Assembly (NCBI RefSeq): GCF_963921235.1
Contig: NC_086108.1
Coordinates: 59,956,001 to 60,020,000, forward strand
Direction: 5' to 3'
DNA from: Mobula hypostoma
Lineage: Eukaryota
Length of the DNA: 64,000 nt
The position numbers and the translations under genes were made by a program. Below the pieces are notes generated by a model. The model saw nothing but the letters and a program-made list of their open reading frames with translations. It did not search any database and was not told where the DNA came from. Of this stretch, positions 47,873 through 62,800 are shown in pieces. Each line of letters begins with the position of its first letter. Positions within the stretch are counted from its first letter, which is position 1.

Positions 47873-50800
47873 GCACAGGGAATGACCCAGACAGGGAAAT
47901 CAGAGGGAATGACCCACGCAGGGAAATCACAGGGAATGACCCAAATAGGGAAATCACAGGAAATAACCCACACAGGGAAATCGCAGGGAATGACCCACGC
48001 AGGGAAATCACAGAGAATAACCCACACAGGGACAGGGAATAACCCACTCAGAAAAATCACAGGGAATGACCCACGCAGGGAAATCACAGTGAATGACCAA
48101 TGCAGGGAAATCACAGGGAATGAACCACGCAGGGAAATCACAGGGAATGACCACTCAGCAAAATCACAGGGAATGACCCATTCAGGGAAATCAGAGGGAA
48201 TGACCCAAAGAGGGAAATCACACCGAATGACCCACGCAGGGAAATCACAGGGAATGACCACACAGCAAAATCACAGGGAATGACCCATTCAGGGAAATCA
48301 CAGGGAATGACCCACTCAGGGAAATCACAGGGAGTGACCCACTCAGGGAAATCACAGGGAGTGACCCATGCAGGGAATTCAGAGGGAATGACCCACGCAG
48401 GGAAATCACAGGGAATGACCCACTCAGGGAAATCACAGGGAATGACCCACACAGGGAAATCACAGGGAATGACCCACGCAGGGAAATCACAGGGAATGAC
48501 CAAAATAGGGAAACCACAGGAAATAACCCACACAGGGAAATCGCAGGGAATGACCCACGCAGGGAAATCACAGAGAATGACCCACACAGGGACAGGGAAT
48601 AACCCACTCAGAAAAATCACAGGGAATGACCCACGCAGGGAAATCACAGTGAATGACCAATGCAGGGAAATCACAGGGAATGACCCACGCAGGGAAATCA
48701 CAGGGAATGACCACTCAGCAAAATCACAGGGAATGACCCATTCAGGGAAATCAGAGGGAATGACCCAAAGAGGGAAATCACACCGAATGACCCACGCAGG
48801 GAAATCACAGGGAATGACCACTCAGCAAAATCACAGGGAATGACCCATTCAGGGAAATCACAGGGAATGACCCACTCAGGGAAATCACAGGGAGTGATCC
48901 ACTCAGGGAAATCACAGGAAGTGACCCATGCAGGGAATTCAGAGGGAATGACCCACGCAGGGAAATCACAGGGAATGACCCACTCAGGGAAATCACAGGG
49001 AATGACCCACACAGGGAAATCACAGGGAATGACCCACGCAGGGAAATCACAGGGAATGACCCAAATAGGGAAATCACAGGAAATAACCCACACAGGGAAA
49101 TCGCAGGGAATGACCCACGCAGGGAAATCACAGAGAATGACCCACACAGGGACAGGGAATAACCCACTCAGAAAAATCACAGGGAATGACCCACGCAGGG
49201 AAATCACAGTGAATGACCAATGCAGGGAAATCACAGGGAATGACCCACGCAGGGAAATCACAGGGAATGACCACTCAGCAAAATCACAGGGAATGACCCA
49301 TTCAGGGAAATCAGAGAGAATGACCCAAAGAGGGAAATCACACCGAATGACCCACGCAGGGAAATCACAGGGAGTGACCCACTCAGGGAAATCACAGGGA
49401 GTGACCCATGCAGGGAATTCAGAGGGAATGACCCACGCAGGGAAATCACAGGGAATGACCCACTCAGGGAAATCACAGGGAATGACCCACACAGGGAAAT
49501 AACAGGGAATTACCAACCCAGGGAAATCACAGAGAATGACCAACACAGGGACAGGGAATAACCCACTCAGCAAAATCACAGGGAATGACCCACGCAGTGA
49601 AATCACAGGCAATGACCACTCAGCAAAATCACAGGGAATGACCCACACAGGGAAATCACAGGGAATGACCCATGCAGGGAAATCACAGTGAATGACCCAC
49701 GCAGGGAAATCACAGGGAATGACCCACTCAGGGAAATCACAGGGAATGACCCACACAGGAATATCACAGGGAATTACCCACACAGGGAAATCACAGGGAA
49801 TGACACACACAGGGAAATCACAGGGAATGACCACTCAGGGATATCACAGGGAATGACCCAAAAGGGAAATCACACGGAATGACCCACGCAGGGAAATCAC
49901 AGTGAATGACCCATGCAGGGAAATCACAGGGAATGACCCACGCAGGGAAATCAGAGGGAGTGACCCACTCAGGGAAATCACAGGGAGTGACACACGCAGG
50001 GAATTCAGAGCGAATGACGAACGCAGGAAAATCAAAGGGAATGGCCCACTCAGGGAAATAACAGGGAATTACCCACACAGGGAAATCACAGGGAGTGACC
50101 CACACAGGAAAACAGAGGGAATGACCCAATCAGGGAAATCACAGGGAATGACCCATGCAGGGAAATCACAGGGAATGACCCACCAGGGAAATCACAGGGA
50201 ATGACACACCAGGGAAATCACAGGGAATGACCCACACAGGGAAATCACAGCGAATGACTCACTCAGGGAAATCACAGGGAATGACCCATTCAGGGAAATC
50301 ACAGGCAATACCCAAACAGGGAAATCACAGGGAATGACCCACACAGGCAAATCGCAGGGAATGACCCACACAGGGAAATCACAGGGAATGACCCACACAG
50401 GGACAGGGAATAACCCACTCAGCAAAATCACAGGGAATGACCCACGCAGTGAAATCACAGGCAATGACCACTCAGCAAAATCACAGGGAATGACCCACGC
50501 AGGGAAATCACAGGGAATGACCCACACAGGAATATCACAGGGAATTACCCACACAGGGAAATCACAGGGAATGACACACACAGGGAAATCACAGGGAATG
50601 ACCCACTCAGGGATATCACAGGGAATGACCCAAGAGGGAAATCACACGGAATGACCCACGCAGGGAAATCACAGTGAATGACCCATGCAGGGAAATCACA
50701 GGGACTGACCCACTCAGGGAAATCACAGGGAGTGACACACGCAGGGAAATCAGAGGGAATGACGAACGCAGTAAAATCAAAGGGAATGGCCCACTCAGGG

Positions 50801-53800
50801 AAATAACAGGGAATTACCCACACAGGGAAATCACAGGGAGTGACCCACACAGGAAAACAGAGGGAATGACCCAAACAGGGAAATCACAGGGAATGACCCA
50901 TGCAGGGAAATCACAGGGAATGACCCACCAGGGAAATCACAGGGAATGACACACCAGGGAAATCACAGGGAATGACCCACACAGGGAAATCACAGCGAAT
51001 GACTCACTCAGGGAAATCACAGGGAATGACCCACTCAGGGAAATCATAGAGAGTGACCCACTCAGGGAAATCAGAGGGAATGACCCAAGCAGGAAATTAC
51101 AGGGAATGACCCACACTGGGAAATCACAGGGAATGACCCAGACAGGGAAATCACAGGGACTGACCCACTCAGGGAAATCACAGGGAATGACACACACAGG
51201 GAAATCACAGGGAGTGACCCACTCAGGGAAATCACAGGGAGTGACACACGCAGGGAATTCAGAGGGAATGACGAACGCAGGAAAATCAAAGGGAATGGCC
51301 CACTCAGGGAATTAACAGGGAATTACCCACACAGGGAAATCACAGGGAGTGACCCACACAGGAAAACAGAGGGAATGACCCAAACAGGGAAATCACAGGG
51401 AATGACCCACGCAGGGAAATCACAGGGAATAACCCACGCAGGAAAATCACAGGGAATGACCCACGCAGAGAAATCACAGGTAATGACCTACATAGGCAAA
51501 TCACAGGGAATGACCCACGCAGGGAAATCACACGGAATGACCCACGCAGGGAAATCACAGTGAATGACCCATGCAGGGAAATCACAGGGAATGACCTGCG
51601 CAGGGAAATCACAGGGAATGACCCACTCAGGGAAATCACAGGGAGTGACCCACTCAGGGAAATCACAGGGAGTGACCCACACAGGAAAACAGATGGAATG
51701 ACCAACGCAGGGAAATCACAGGGAATGACCCACGCAGGGAAATCACAGTGAATGACCAATGCAGGGAAATCACAGGGAATGACCCACGCAGGGAAATAAC
51801 AGGGAATGACCGCTCAGCAAAATCACAGGGAATGACCCATTCAGGGAAATCAGAGGGAATGACCCAAAGAGGGAAATCACACCGAATGACCCACGCAGGG
51901 AAATCACAGGGAATGACCACTCAGCAAAATCACAGGGAATGACCCATTCAGGGAAATCACAGGGAATGACCCACTCAGGGAAATCACAGGGAGTGACCCA
52001 CTCAGGGAAATCACAGGGAGTGACCCATGCAGGGAATTCAGAGGGAATGACCCACACAGGGAAATCACAGGGAATGACCCACTCAGGGAAATCACAGGGA
52101 ATGACCCACACAGGGAAATCACAGGGAATTACCAACCCAGGGAAATCGCAGGGAATGACCCACACAGGGAAATCGCAGGGAATGACCCACACAGGGAAAT
52201 CACAGAGAATGACCCACACAGGGACAGGGAATAACCCACTCAGCAAAATCACAGGGAATGACCCACGCAGTGAAATCACAGGCAATAACCACTCAGCAAA
52301 ATCACAGGGAATGACCCACACAGGGAAATCACAGGGAATGACCCACGCAGGGAAATCACAGTGAATGACCCACGCAGGGAAATCACAGGGAATGACCCAC
52401 TCAGGGAAATCACAGGGAATGACCCACACAGGAATATCACAGGGAATTACCCACACAGGGAAATCACAGGGAATGACACACACAGGGAAATCACAGGGAA
52501 TGACCCACTCAGGGATATCACAGGGAATGACTCAAGAGGGAAATCACACGGAATGACCCACACAGGGAAATCACAGTGAATGACCCATGCAGGGAAATCA
52601 CAGGGAATAACCCACGCAGGGAAATCAGAGGGAGTGACCCACTCAGGGAAATCACAGGGAGTGACACACGCAGGGAATTCAGAGGGAATGACGAACGCAG
52701 GAAAATCAAAGGGAATGGCCCACTCAGGGAAATAACAGGGAATTACCCACACAGGGAAATCACAGGGAGTGACCCACACAGGAAAACAGAGGGAATGACC
52801 CAAACAGGGAAATCACAGGGAATGACCCATGCAGGGAAATCACAGGGAATGACCCACCAGGGAAATCACAGGGAATGACACACCAGGGAAATCACAGGGA
52901 ATGACCCACACAGGGAAATCACAGCGAATGACTCACTCAGGGAAATCACAGGGAATGACCCATTCAGGGAAATCACAGGCAGTACCCAAACAGGGAAATC
53001 ACAGGGAATGACCCACACAGGGAAATCGCAGGGAATGACCCACACAGGGAAATCACAGGGAATGACACACACAGGGAAATCACAGGGAATGACCCACTCA
53101 GGGATATCACAGGGAATGACCCAAGAGGGAAATCACACGGAATGACCCACGCAGGGAAATCACAGTGAATGACCCATGCAGGGAAATCACAGGGACTGAC
53201 CCACTCAGGGAAATCACAGGGAGTGACACACGCAGGGAAATCAGAGGGAATGACGAACGCAGGAAAATCAAAGGGAATGGCCCACTCAGGGAAATAACAG
53301 GGAATTACCCACACAGGGAAATCACAGGGAGTGACCCACACAGGAAAACAGAGGGAATGACCCAAACAGGGAAATCACAGGGAATGACCCATGCAGGGAA
53401 ATCACAGGGAATGACCCACCAGGGAAATCACAGGGAATGACACACCAGGGAAATCACAGGGAATGACCCACACAGGGAAATCACAGCGAATGACTCACTC
53501 AGGGAAATCACAGGGAATGACCCACTCAGGGAAATCATAGAGAGTGACCCACTCAGGGAAATCAGAGGGAATGACCCAAGCAGGAAATTACAGGGAATGA
53601 CCCACACTGGGAAATCACAGGGAATGACCCAGACAGGGAAATCACAGGGACTGACCCACTCAGGGAAATCACAGGGAATGACACACACAGGGAAATCACA
53701 GGGAGTGACCCACTCAGGGAAATCACAGGGAGTGACACACGCAGGGAATTCAGAGGGAATGACGAACGCAGGAAAATCAAAGGGAATGGCCCACTCAGGG

Positions 53801-56800
53801 AATTAACAGGGAATTACCCACACAGGGAAATCACAGGGAGTGACCCACACAGGAAAACAGAGGGAATGACCCAAACAGGGAAATCACAGGGAATGACCCA
53901 CGCAGGGAAATCACAGGGAATAACCCACGCAGGAAAATCACAGGGAATGACCCACGCAGAGAAATCACAGGTAATGACCTACATAGGCAAATCACAGGGA
54001 ATGACCCACGCAGGGAAATCACAGGGAATGACACAAAGAGGGAAATCACACGGAATGACCCACGCAGGGAAATCACAGTGAATGACCCATGCAGGGAAAT
54101 CACAGGGAATGACCTGCGCAGGGAAATCACAGGGAATGACCCACTCAGGGAAATCACAGGGAGTGACCCACTCAGGGAAATCACAGGGAGTGACCCACAC
54201 AGGAAAACAGATGGAATGACCAACGCAGGGAAATCACAGGGAATGACCCACGCAGGGAAATTACAGTGAATGACCAATGCAGGGAAATCACAGGGAATGA
54301 CCCACGCAGGGAAATCACAGGGAATGACCGCTCAGCAAAATCACAGGGAATGACCCATTCAAGGAAATCAGAGGGAATGACCCAAAGAGGGAAATCACAC
54401 CGAATGACCCACGCAGGGAAATCACAGGGAATGACCACTCAGCAAAATCACAGGGAATGACCCATTCAGGGAAATCACAGGGAATGACCCACTCAGGGAA
54501 ATCACAGGGAGTGACCCACTCAGGGAAATCACAGGGAGTGACCCATGCAGGGAATTCAGAGGGAATGACCCACACAGGGAAATCACAGGAAATGACCCAC
54601 TCAGGGAAATCACAGGGAATGACCCACACAGGGAAATCACAGGGAATTACCAACCCAGGGAAATCGCAGGGAATGACCCACACAGGGAAATCGCAGGGAA
54701 TGACCCACACAGGGAAATCACAGAGAATGACCCACACAGGGACAGGGAATAACCCACTCAGCAAAATCACAGGGAATGACCCACGCAGTGAAATCACAGG
54801 CAATAACCACTCAGCAAAATCACAGGGAATGACCCACACAGGGAAATCACAGGGAATGACCCACGCAGGGAAATCACAGTGAATGACCCACGCAGGGAAA
54901 TCACAGGGAATGACCAACTCAGGGAAATCACAGGGAATGACCCACACAGGAATATCACAGGGAATTACCCACACAGGGAAATCACAGGGAATGACACACA
55001 CAGGGAAATCACAGGGAATGACCCACTCAGGGATATCACAGGGAATGACTCAAGAGGGAAATCACACGGAATGACCCACGCAGGGAAATCACAGTGAATG
55101 TCCCATGCAGGGAAATCACAGGGAATGACCCACGCAGGGAAATCAGAGGGAGTGACCCACTCAGGGAAATCACAGGGAGTGACACACGCAGGGAATTCAG
55201 AGGGAATGACGAACGCAGGAAAATCAAAGGGAATGGCCCACTCAGGGAATTACCCACACAGGGAAATCACAGGGAGTGACCCACACAGGAAAACAGAGGG
55301 AATGACCCAAACAGGGAAATCACAGGGAATGACCCATGCAGGGAAATCACAGGGAATGACCCACCAGGGAAATCACAGGGAATGACACACCAGGGAAATC
55401 ACAGGGAATGACCCACACAGGGAAATCACAGCGAATGACTCACTCAGGGAAATCACAGGGAATGACCCATTCAGGGAAATCACAGGCAATACCCAAACAG
55501 GGAAATCACAGGGAATGACCCACACAGGGAAATCGCAGGGAATGACCCACACAGGGAAATCACAGGGAATGACCCACACAGGGACAAGGAATAACCCACT
55601 CAGCAAAATCACAGGGAATGACCCACGCAGTGAAATCACAGGCAATGACCACTCAGCAAAATCACAGGGAATGACCCACGCAGGGAAATCACAGGGAATG
55701 ACCCACACAGGAATATCACAGGGAATTACCCACACAGGGAAATCACAGGGAATGACACACACAGGGAAATCACAGGGAATGACCCACTCAGGGATATCAC
55801 AGGGAATGACACAAGAGGGAAATCACACGGAATGACCCACGCAGGGAAATCACAGTGAATGACCCATGCAGGGAAATCACAGGGAATGACCCACGCAGGG
55901 AAATCAAAGGGAATAACCAATGCAGGAAAATCACAGGGAATGACCCACGCAGGGAAATCACAGGGAATGACCTACACAGGGAAATCACAGGGAATGACCC
56001 ACATAGGGAAATCACAGGGAATGACCCACGCAGGGAAATCACAGGGAATAACCCACGCAGGAAAAAAACAGGGAATGACCCACGCAGAGAAATCACAGGG
56101 AATGACCTACATAGGCAAATCACAGGGAATGACCCACGCAGGGAAATCACAGGGAATGACACAAAGAGGGAAATCACACGGACTGACCCACGCAGGGAAA
56201 TCACAGTGAATGACCCATGCAGGGAAATCACAGGGAATGACCTGCGCAGGGAAAACACAGGGAATGACCCACGCAGGGAAATCACAGGGAATGACCCACT
56301 CAGGGAAATCACAGGGAGTGACCCACTCAGGGAAATCACAGGGAATAACCCACGCAGGAAAATCACAGGGAATGACCCACGCAGAGAAATCACAGGGAAT
56401 GACCTACATAGGCAAATCACAGGGAATGACCCACGCAGGGAAATCACAGGGAATGACACAAAGAGGGAAATCACACGGAATGACCCACGCAGGGAAATCA
56501 CAGTGAATGACCCATGCAGGGAAATCACAGGGAATGACCTGTGCAGGGAAGTCACAGGGAATGACCCACGCAGGGAAATCACAGGGAATGACCCACTCAG
56601 GGAAATCACAGGGAGTGACCCACTCAGGGAAATCACAGGGAGTGACCCACACAGGAAAACAGATGGAATGACCAACGCAGGGAAATCACAGGGAATGACC
56701 CACTCAGGGAAATCACAGGGAATGACCCACACAGGAATATCACAGGGAATTACCCACCCAGGGAAATCACAGGGAATGACCCACAGAGGGAAATCACACG

Positions 56801-59800
56801 GAATTACCAACGCAGGGAAATCACAGTGAATGACCCATGCAGGGAAATCACAGGGAATGACCCACGCAGGGAAATCACAGGGAATGACCCACTCAGGGAA
56901 ATCACAGGGAGTGACCCACTCAGGGAAATCACAGGGAGTGACCCATGCAAGGAAATCACAGGGAATGACCCACCCAGGGAAATCGCAGGGAATGACCCAC
57001 CCAGGGAAATCACAGGGAATGACCCACAAAGGGACATCACAGGGAATGACCCACTCAAGGAAATGACAGGGAATGACCCACACAGGGAAATCACAGGGAA
57101 TGACCCACACAGGGACAGGGAATGACCACTCAGCAAAATCACAGGGAATGACCCATTCAGGGAAATCACAGGGAATGACCCACACAGGAATATCACAGGG
57201 AATTACCCACACAGGGAAATCACAGGGAATGACACACACAGGGAAATCACAGGGAATGACCCACTCAGGGATATCACAGGGAATGACACAAAAGGGAAAT
57301 CACACGGAATGACCCACGCAGGGAAATCACAGTGAATGACCCATGCAGGGAAATCACAGGGACTGACCAACTCAGGGAAATCACAGGGAGTGACACACGC
57401 AGGGAAATCAGAGGGAATGACGAACGCAGGAAAATCAAAGGGAATGGCCCACTCAGGGAAATAACAGGGAATTACCCACACAGGGAAATCACAGGGAGTG
57501 ACCCACACAGGAAAACAGAGGGAATGACCCAAACAGGGAAATCACAGGGAATGACCCATGCAGGGAAATCACAGGGAATGACCCACCAGGGAAATCACAG
57601 GGAATGACACACCAGGGAAATCACAGGGAATGACCCACACAGGGAAATCACAGCGAATGACTCACTCAGGGAAATCACAGGGAATGACCCATTCAGGGAA
57701 ATCATAGAGAGTGACCCACTCAGGGAAATCAGAGCGAATGACCCAAGCAGGAAATTACAGGGAATGACCCACACTGGGAAATCACAGGGAATGACCCAGA
57801 CAGGGAAATCACAGGGACTGACCCACTCAGGGAAATCACAGGGAATGACACACACAGGGAAATCACAGGGAGTGACCCACTCAGGGAAATCACAGTGAAT
57901 GACCCATGCAGGGAAATCACAGGGAATGACCCACGCAGGGAAATCACAGGGAATGACACACACAGGGAAATCACAGGGAGTGACCCACTCAGGGAAATCA
58001 CAGTGAATGACCCATGCAGGGAAATCACAGGGAATGACCCACGCAGGGAAATCACAGGGAATGACCTACACAGGGAAATCACAGGGAATGACCCACATAG
58101 GGAAATCACAGGGAATGACCCACGCAGGGAAATCACAGGGAATAACCCACGCAGGAAAATCACAGGGAATGACCCACGCAGAGAAATCACAGGGAATGAC
58201 CTACATAGGCAAATCACAGGGAATGACCCACGCAGGGAAACCACAGGGAATGACACAAAGAGGGAAATCACACGGACTGACCCACGCAGGGAAATCACAG
58301 TGAATGACCCATGCAGGGAAATCACAGGGAATGACCTGTGCAGGGAAATCACAGGGAATGACCCACGCAGGGAAATCACAGGGAATGACCCACTCAGGGA
58401 AATCACAGGGAGTGACCCACTCAGGGAAATCACAGGGAATAACCCACGCAGGAAAATCACAGGGAATGACCCATGCAGAGAAATCACAGGGAATGACCTA
58501 CATAGGCAAATCACAGGGAATGACCCACGCAGGGAAATCACAGTGAATGTCCCATGCAGGGAAATCACAGGGAATGACCCACGCAGGGAAATCAGAGGGA
58601 GTGACCCACTCAGGGAAATCACAGGGAGTGACACACGCAGGGAATTCAGAGGGAATGACGAACGCAGGAAAATCAAAGGGAATGGCCCACTCAGGGAATT
58701 ACCCACACAGGGAAATCACAGGGAGTGACCCACACAGGAAAACAGAGGAACCTGCGCAGGGAAATCAGTGGGAATGACCAACGCAGGGAAATCACAGGGA
58801 ATGACCCACTCAGGGAAATCACAGGGAATAACCCATTCAGGAAAATCACAGGGAGTGACCCACACAGGAAAACAGATGGAATGACCAACGCAGGGAAATC
58901 ACAGGGAATGACCCACCCAGGGAAATCGCAGGGAATGACCCACCCAGGGAAATCACAGGGAATGACCCACAAAGGGACATCACAGGGAATGACCCACTCA
59001 AGGAAATGACAGGGAATGACCCACACAGGGAAATCACAGGGAATGACCCACACAGGGACAGGGAATGACCACTCAGCAAAATCACAGGGAATGACCCATT
59101 CAGGGAAATCACAGGGAATGACCCACACAGGAATATCACAGGGAATTACCCACACAGGGAAATCACAGGGAATGACACACACAGGGAAATCACAGGGAAT
59201 GACCCACTCAGGGATATCACAGGGAATGACACAAAAGGGAAATCACACGGAATGACCCACGCAGGGAAATCACAGTGAATGACCCATGCAGGGAAATCAC
59301 AGGGACTGACCAACTCAGGGAAATCACAGGGAGTGACACACGCAGGGAAATCAGAGGGAATGACGAACGCAGGAAAATCAAAGGAAATGGCCCACTCAGG
59401 GAAATAACAGGGAATTACCCACACAGGGAAATCACAGGGAGTGACCCACACAGGAAAACAGAGGGAATGACCCAAACAGGGAAATCACAGGGAATGACCC
59501 ATGCAGGGAAATCACAGGGAATGACCCACCAGGGAAATCACAGGGAATGACACACCAGGGAAATCACAGGGAATGACCCACACAGGGAAATCACAGCGAA
59601 TGACTCACTCAGGGAAATCACAGGGAATGACCCACTCAGGGAAATCATAGAGAGTGACCCACTCAGGGAAATCAGAGGGAATGACCGAAGCAGGAAATTA
59701 CAGGGAATGACCCACACTGGGAAATCACAGGGAATGACCCAGACAGGGAAATCACAGGGACTGACCCACTCAGGGAAATCACAGGGAATGACACACACAG

Positions 59801-62800
59801 GGAAATCACAGGGAGTGACCCACTCAGGGAAATCACAGTGAATGACCCATGCAGGGAAATCACAGGGAATGACCCACGCAGGGAAATCACAGGGAATGAC
59901 ACACACAGGGAAATCACAGGGAGTGACCCACTCAGGGAAATCACAGTGAATGACCCATGCAGGGAAATCACAGGGAATGACCCACGCAGGGAAATCACAG
60001 GGAATGACCTACACAGGGAAATCACAGGGAATGACCCACATAGGGAAATCACAGGGAATGACCCACGCAGGGAAATCACAGGGAATAACCCACGCAGGAA
60101 AATCACAGGGAATGACCCACGCAGAGAAATCACAGGGAATGACCTACATAGGCAAATCACAGGGAATGACCCACGCAGGGAAACCACAGGGAATGACACA
60201 AAGAGGGAAATCACACGGACTGACCCACGCAGGGAAATCACAGTGAATGACCCATGCAGGGAAATCACAGGGAATGACCTGTGCAGGGAAATCACAGGGA
60301 ATGACCCACGCAGGGAAATCACAGGGAATGACCCACTCAGGGAAATCACAGGGAGTGACCCACTCAGGGAAATCACAGGGAATAACCCACGCAGGAAAAT
60401 CACAGGGAATGACCCATGCAGAGAAATCACAGGGAATGACCTACATAGGCAAATCACAGGGAATGACCCACGCAGGGAAATCACAGGGAATGACACAAAG
60501 AGGGAAATCACACGGAATGACCCATGCAGGGAAATCACAGTGAATGACCCATGCAGGGAAATCACAGGGAATGACCTGCTCAGGGAAATCAGTGGGAATG
60601 ACCAACGCAGGGAAATCACAGGGAATGACCCACTCAGGGAAATCACAGGGAATAACCCATTCAGGAAAATCACAGGGAGTGACCCACACAGGAAAACAGA
60701 TGGAATGACCAACGCAGGGAAATCACAGGGAATGACCCACTCAGGGAAATCACAGGGAATGACCCACACAGGAATATCACAGGGAATTACCCACCCAGAG
60801 AAATCACAGGGAATGACCCACAGAGGGAAATCACACGGAATTACCAACGCAGGGAAATCACAGTGAATGACCCATGCAGGGAAATCACAGGGAATGACCC
60901 ACGCAGGGAAATCACAGGGAATGACCCACTCAGGGAAATCACAGGGAGTGACCCACTCAGGGAAATCACAGGGAGTGACCCATGCAAGGAAATCACAGGG
61001 AATGACCCACCCAGGGAAATCGCAGGGAATGACCCACCCAGGGAAATCACAGGGAATGACCCACAAAGGGACATCACAGGGAATGACCCACTCAAGGAAA
61101 TCACAGGGAATGACCCACACAGGGAAATCACAGGGAATGACCCACACAGGGACAGGGAATGACCACTCAGCAAAATCACAGGGAATGACCCATTCAGGGA
61201 AATCACAGGGAATGACCCAAAGAGGGAAATCACACGGAATGACCCACGCCGGGAAATCACAGTGAATGACCCACGCAGGGATATCACAGGGAATGACCCA
61301 CTCAGGGAAATCACAGGGAGTGACCCACTCAGGGAAATCAGAGGGAATGACCAACGCAGGGAAATCACAGGGAATGACCCACTCAGGGAAATCACAGGGA
61401 ATGACCCACACAGGAATATCACAGGGAATTACCCACGCAGGGAAATCACAGGGAATGACACACACAGGGAAATCACAGAGAGTGACCCACTCAGGGAAAT
61501 CACAGGGAATGACCCAAAGAGGGAAATCACACAGAATGACCCACGCAGGGAAATCACAGGGAATGACCCACGCAGGGAAATCACAGGGAATGACCCACAC
61601 TGGGAAAACACAGGGAGTGACCCACGCAGGGAAATCAGAGGGAATGACCAATGCAGGAAAATCAGAGGGAATGACCCACTCAGGGAAATCTCAGAGAATG
61701 ACCCACACAGGGAAATCACAGGGAATTACCCACGCAGGGAAATCACGGAGAATGACCCAAACAGGGAAATCACAGGGAATGACCCACGCAGGGAAATCAA
61801 AGGGAATGACCACGCAGGGAAACTACAGGGAATGATCCACGCAGGGAAATCACAGGGAATGACCCACCAGGGAAATCAAAGGGAATGACCACGCAGGGAA
61901 ACCACAGGATATGATCCACGCAGGGAAATCAGAGGGAGTGACGAATGCAGGAAAATCAAAGGGAATGGCCCACTCAGGGAAATAACAGGGAATTACCCAC
62001 ACAGGGAAATCACAGGGAGTGACCCACACAGGAAAACAGAGGGAATGACCCAAACAGGGAAATCAAAGGGAATGACCCATGCAGGGAAATCACAGGGAAT
62101 GACCCACCAGGGAAATCACAGGGAATGACACACCAGGGAAATCACAGGGAATGACCCGCACAGGGAAATCACAGCGAATGACTCACTCAGGGAAATCACA
62201 GGGAATGACCCATTCAGGGAAATCACAGGCAATACCCAAACAGGGAAATCACAGGGAATAACCCACTCAGGGAAATCATAGAGAGTGACCCACTCAGGGA
62301 AATCAGAGGGAATGACCCAAGCAGGAAATTACAGGGAATGACCCACACTGGGAAATCACAGGGAATGACCCAGACAGGGAAATCACAGGGACTGACCCAC
62401 TCAGGGAAATCACAGGGAATGACACACACAGGGAAATCACAGGGAGTGACCCACTCAGGGAAATCACAGTGAATGACCCATGCAGGGAAATCACAGGGAA
62501 TGACCCACGCAGGGAAATCAAAGGGAATAACCAATGCAGGAAAATCACAGGGAATGACCCACGCAGGGAAATCACAGGGAATGACCTACACAGGGAAATC
62601 ACAGGGAATGACCCACATAGGGAAATCACAGGGAATGACCCACGCAGGGAAATCACAGGGAATAACCCACGCAGGAAAATGACAGGGAATGACCCACGCA
62701 GAGAAATCACAGGGAATGACACAAAGAGGGAAATCACACGGAATGACACACGCAGGGAAATCACAGTGAATGACCCATGCAGGGAAATCACAGGGAATGA

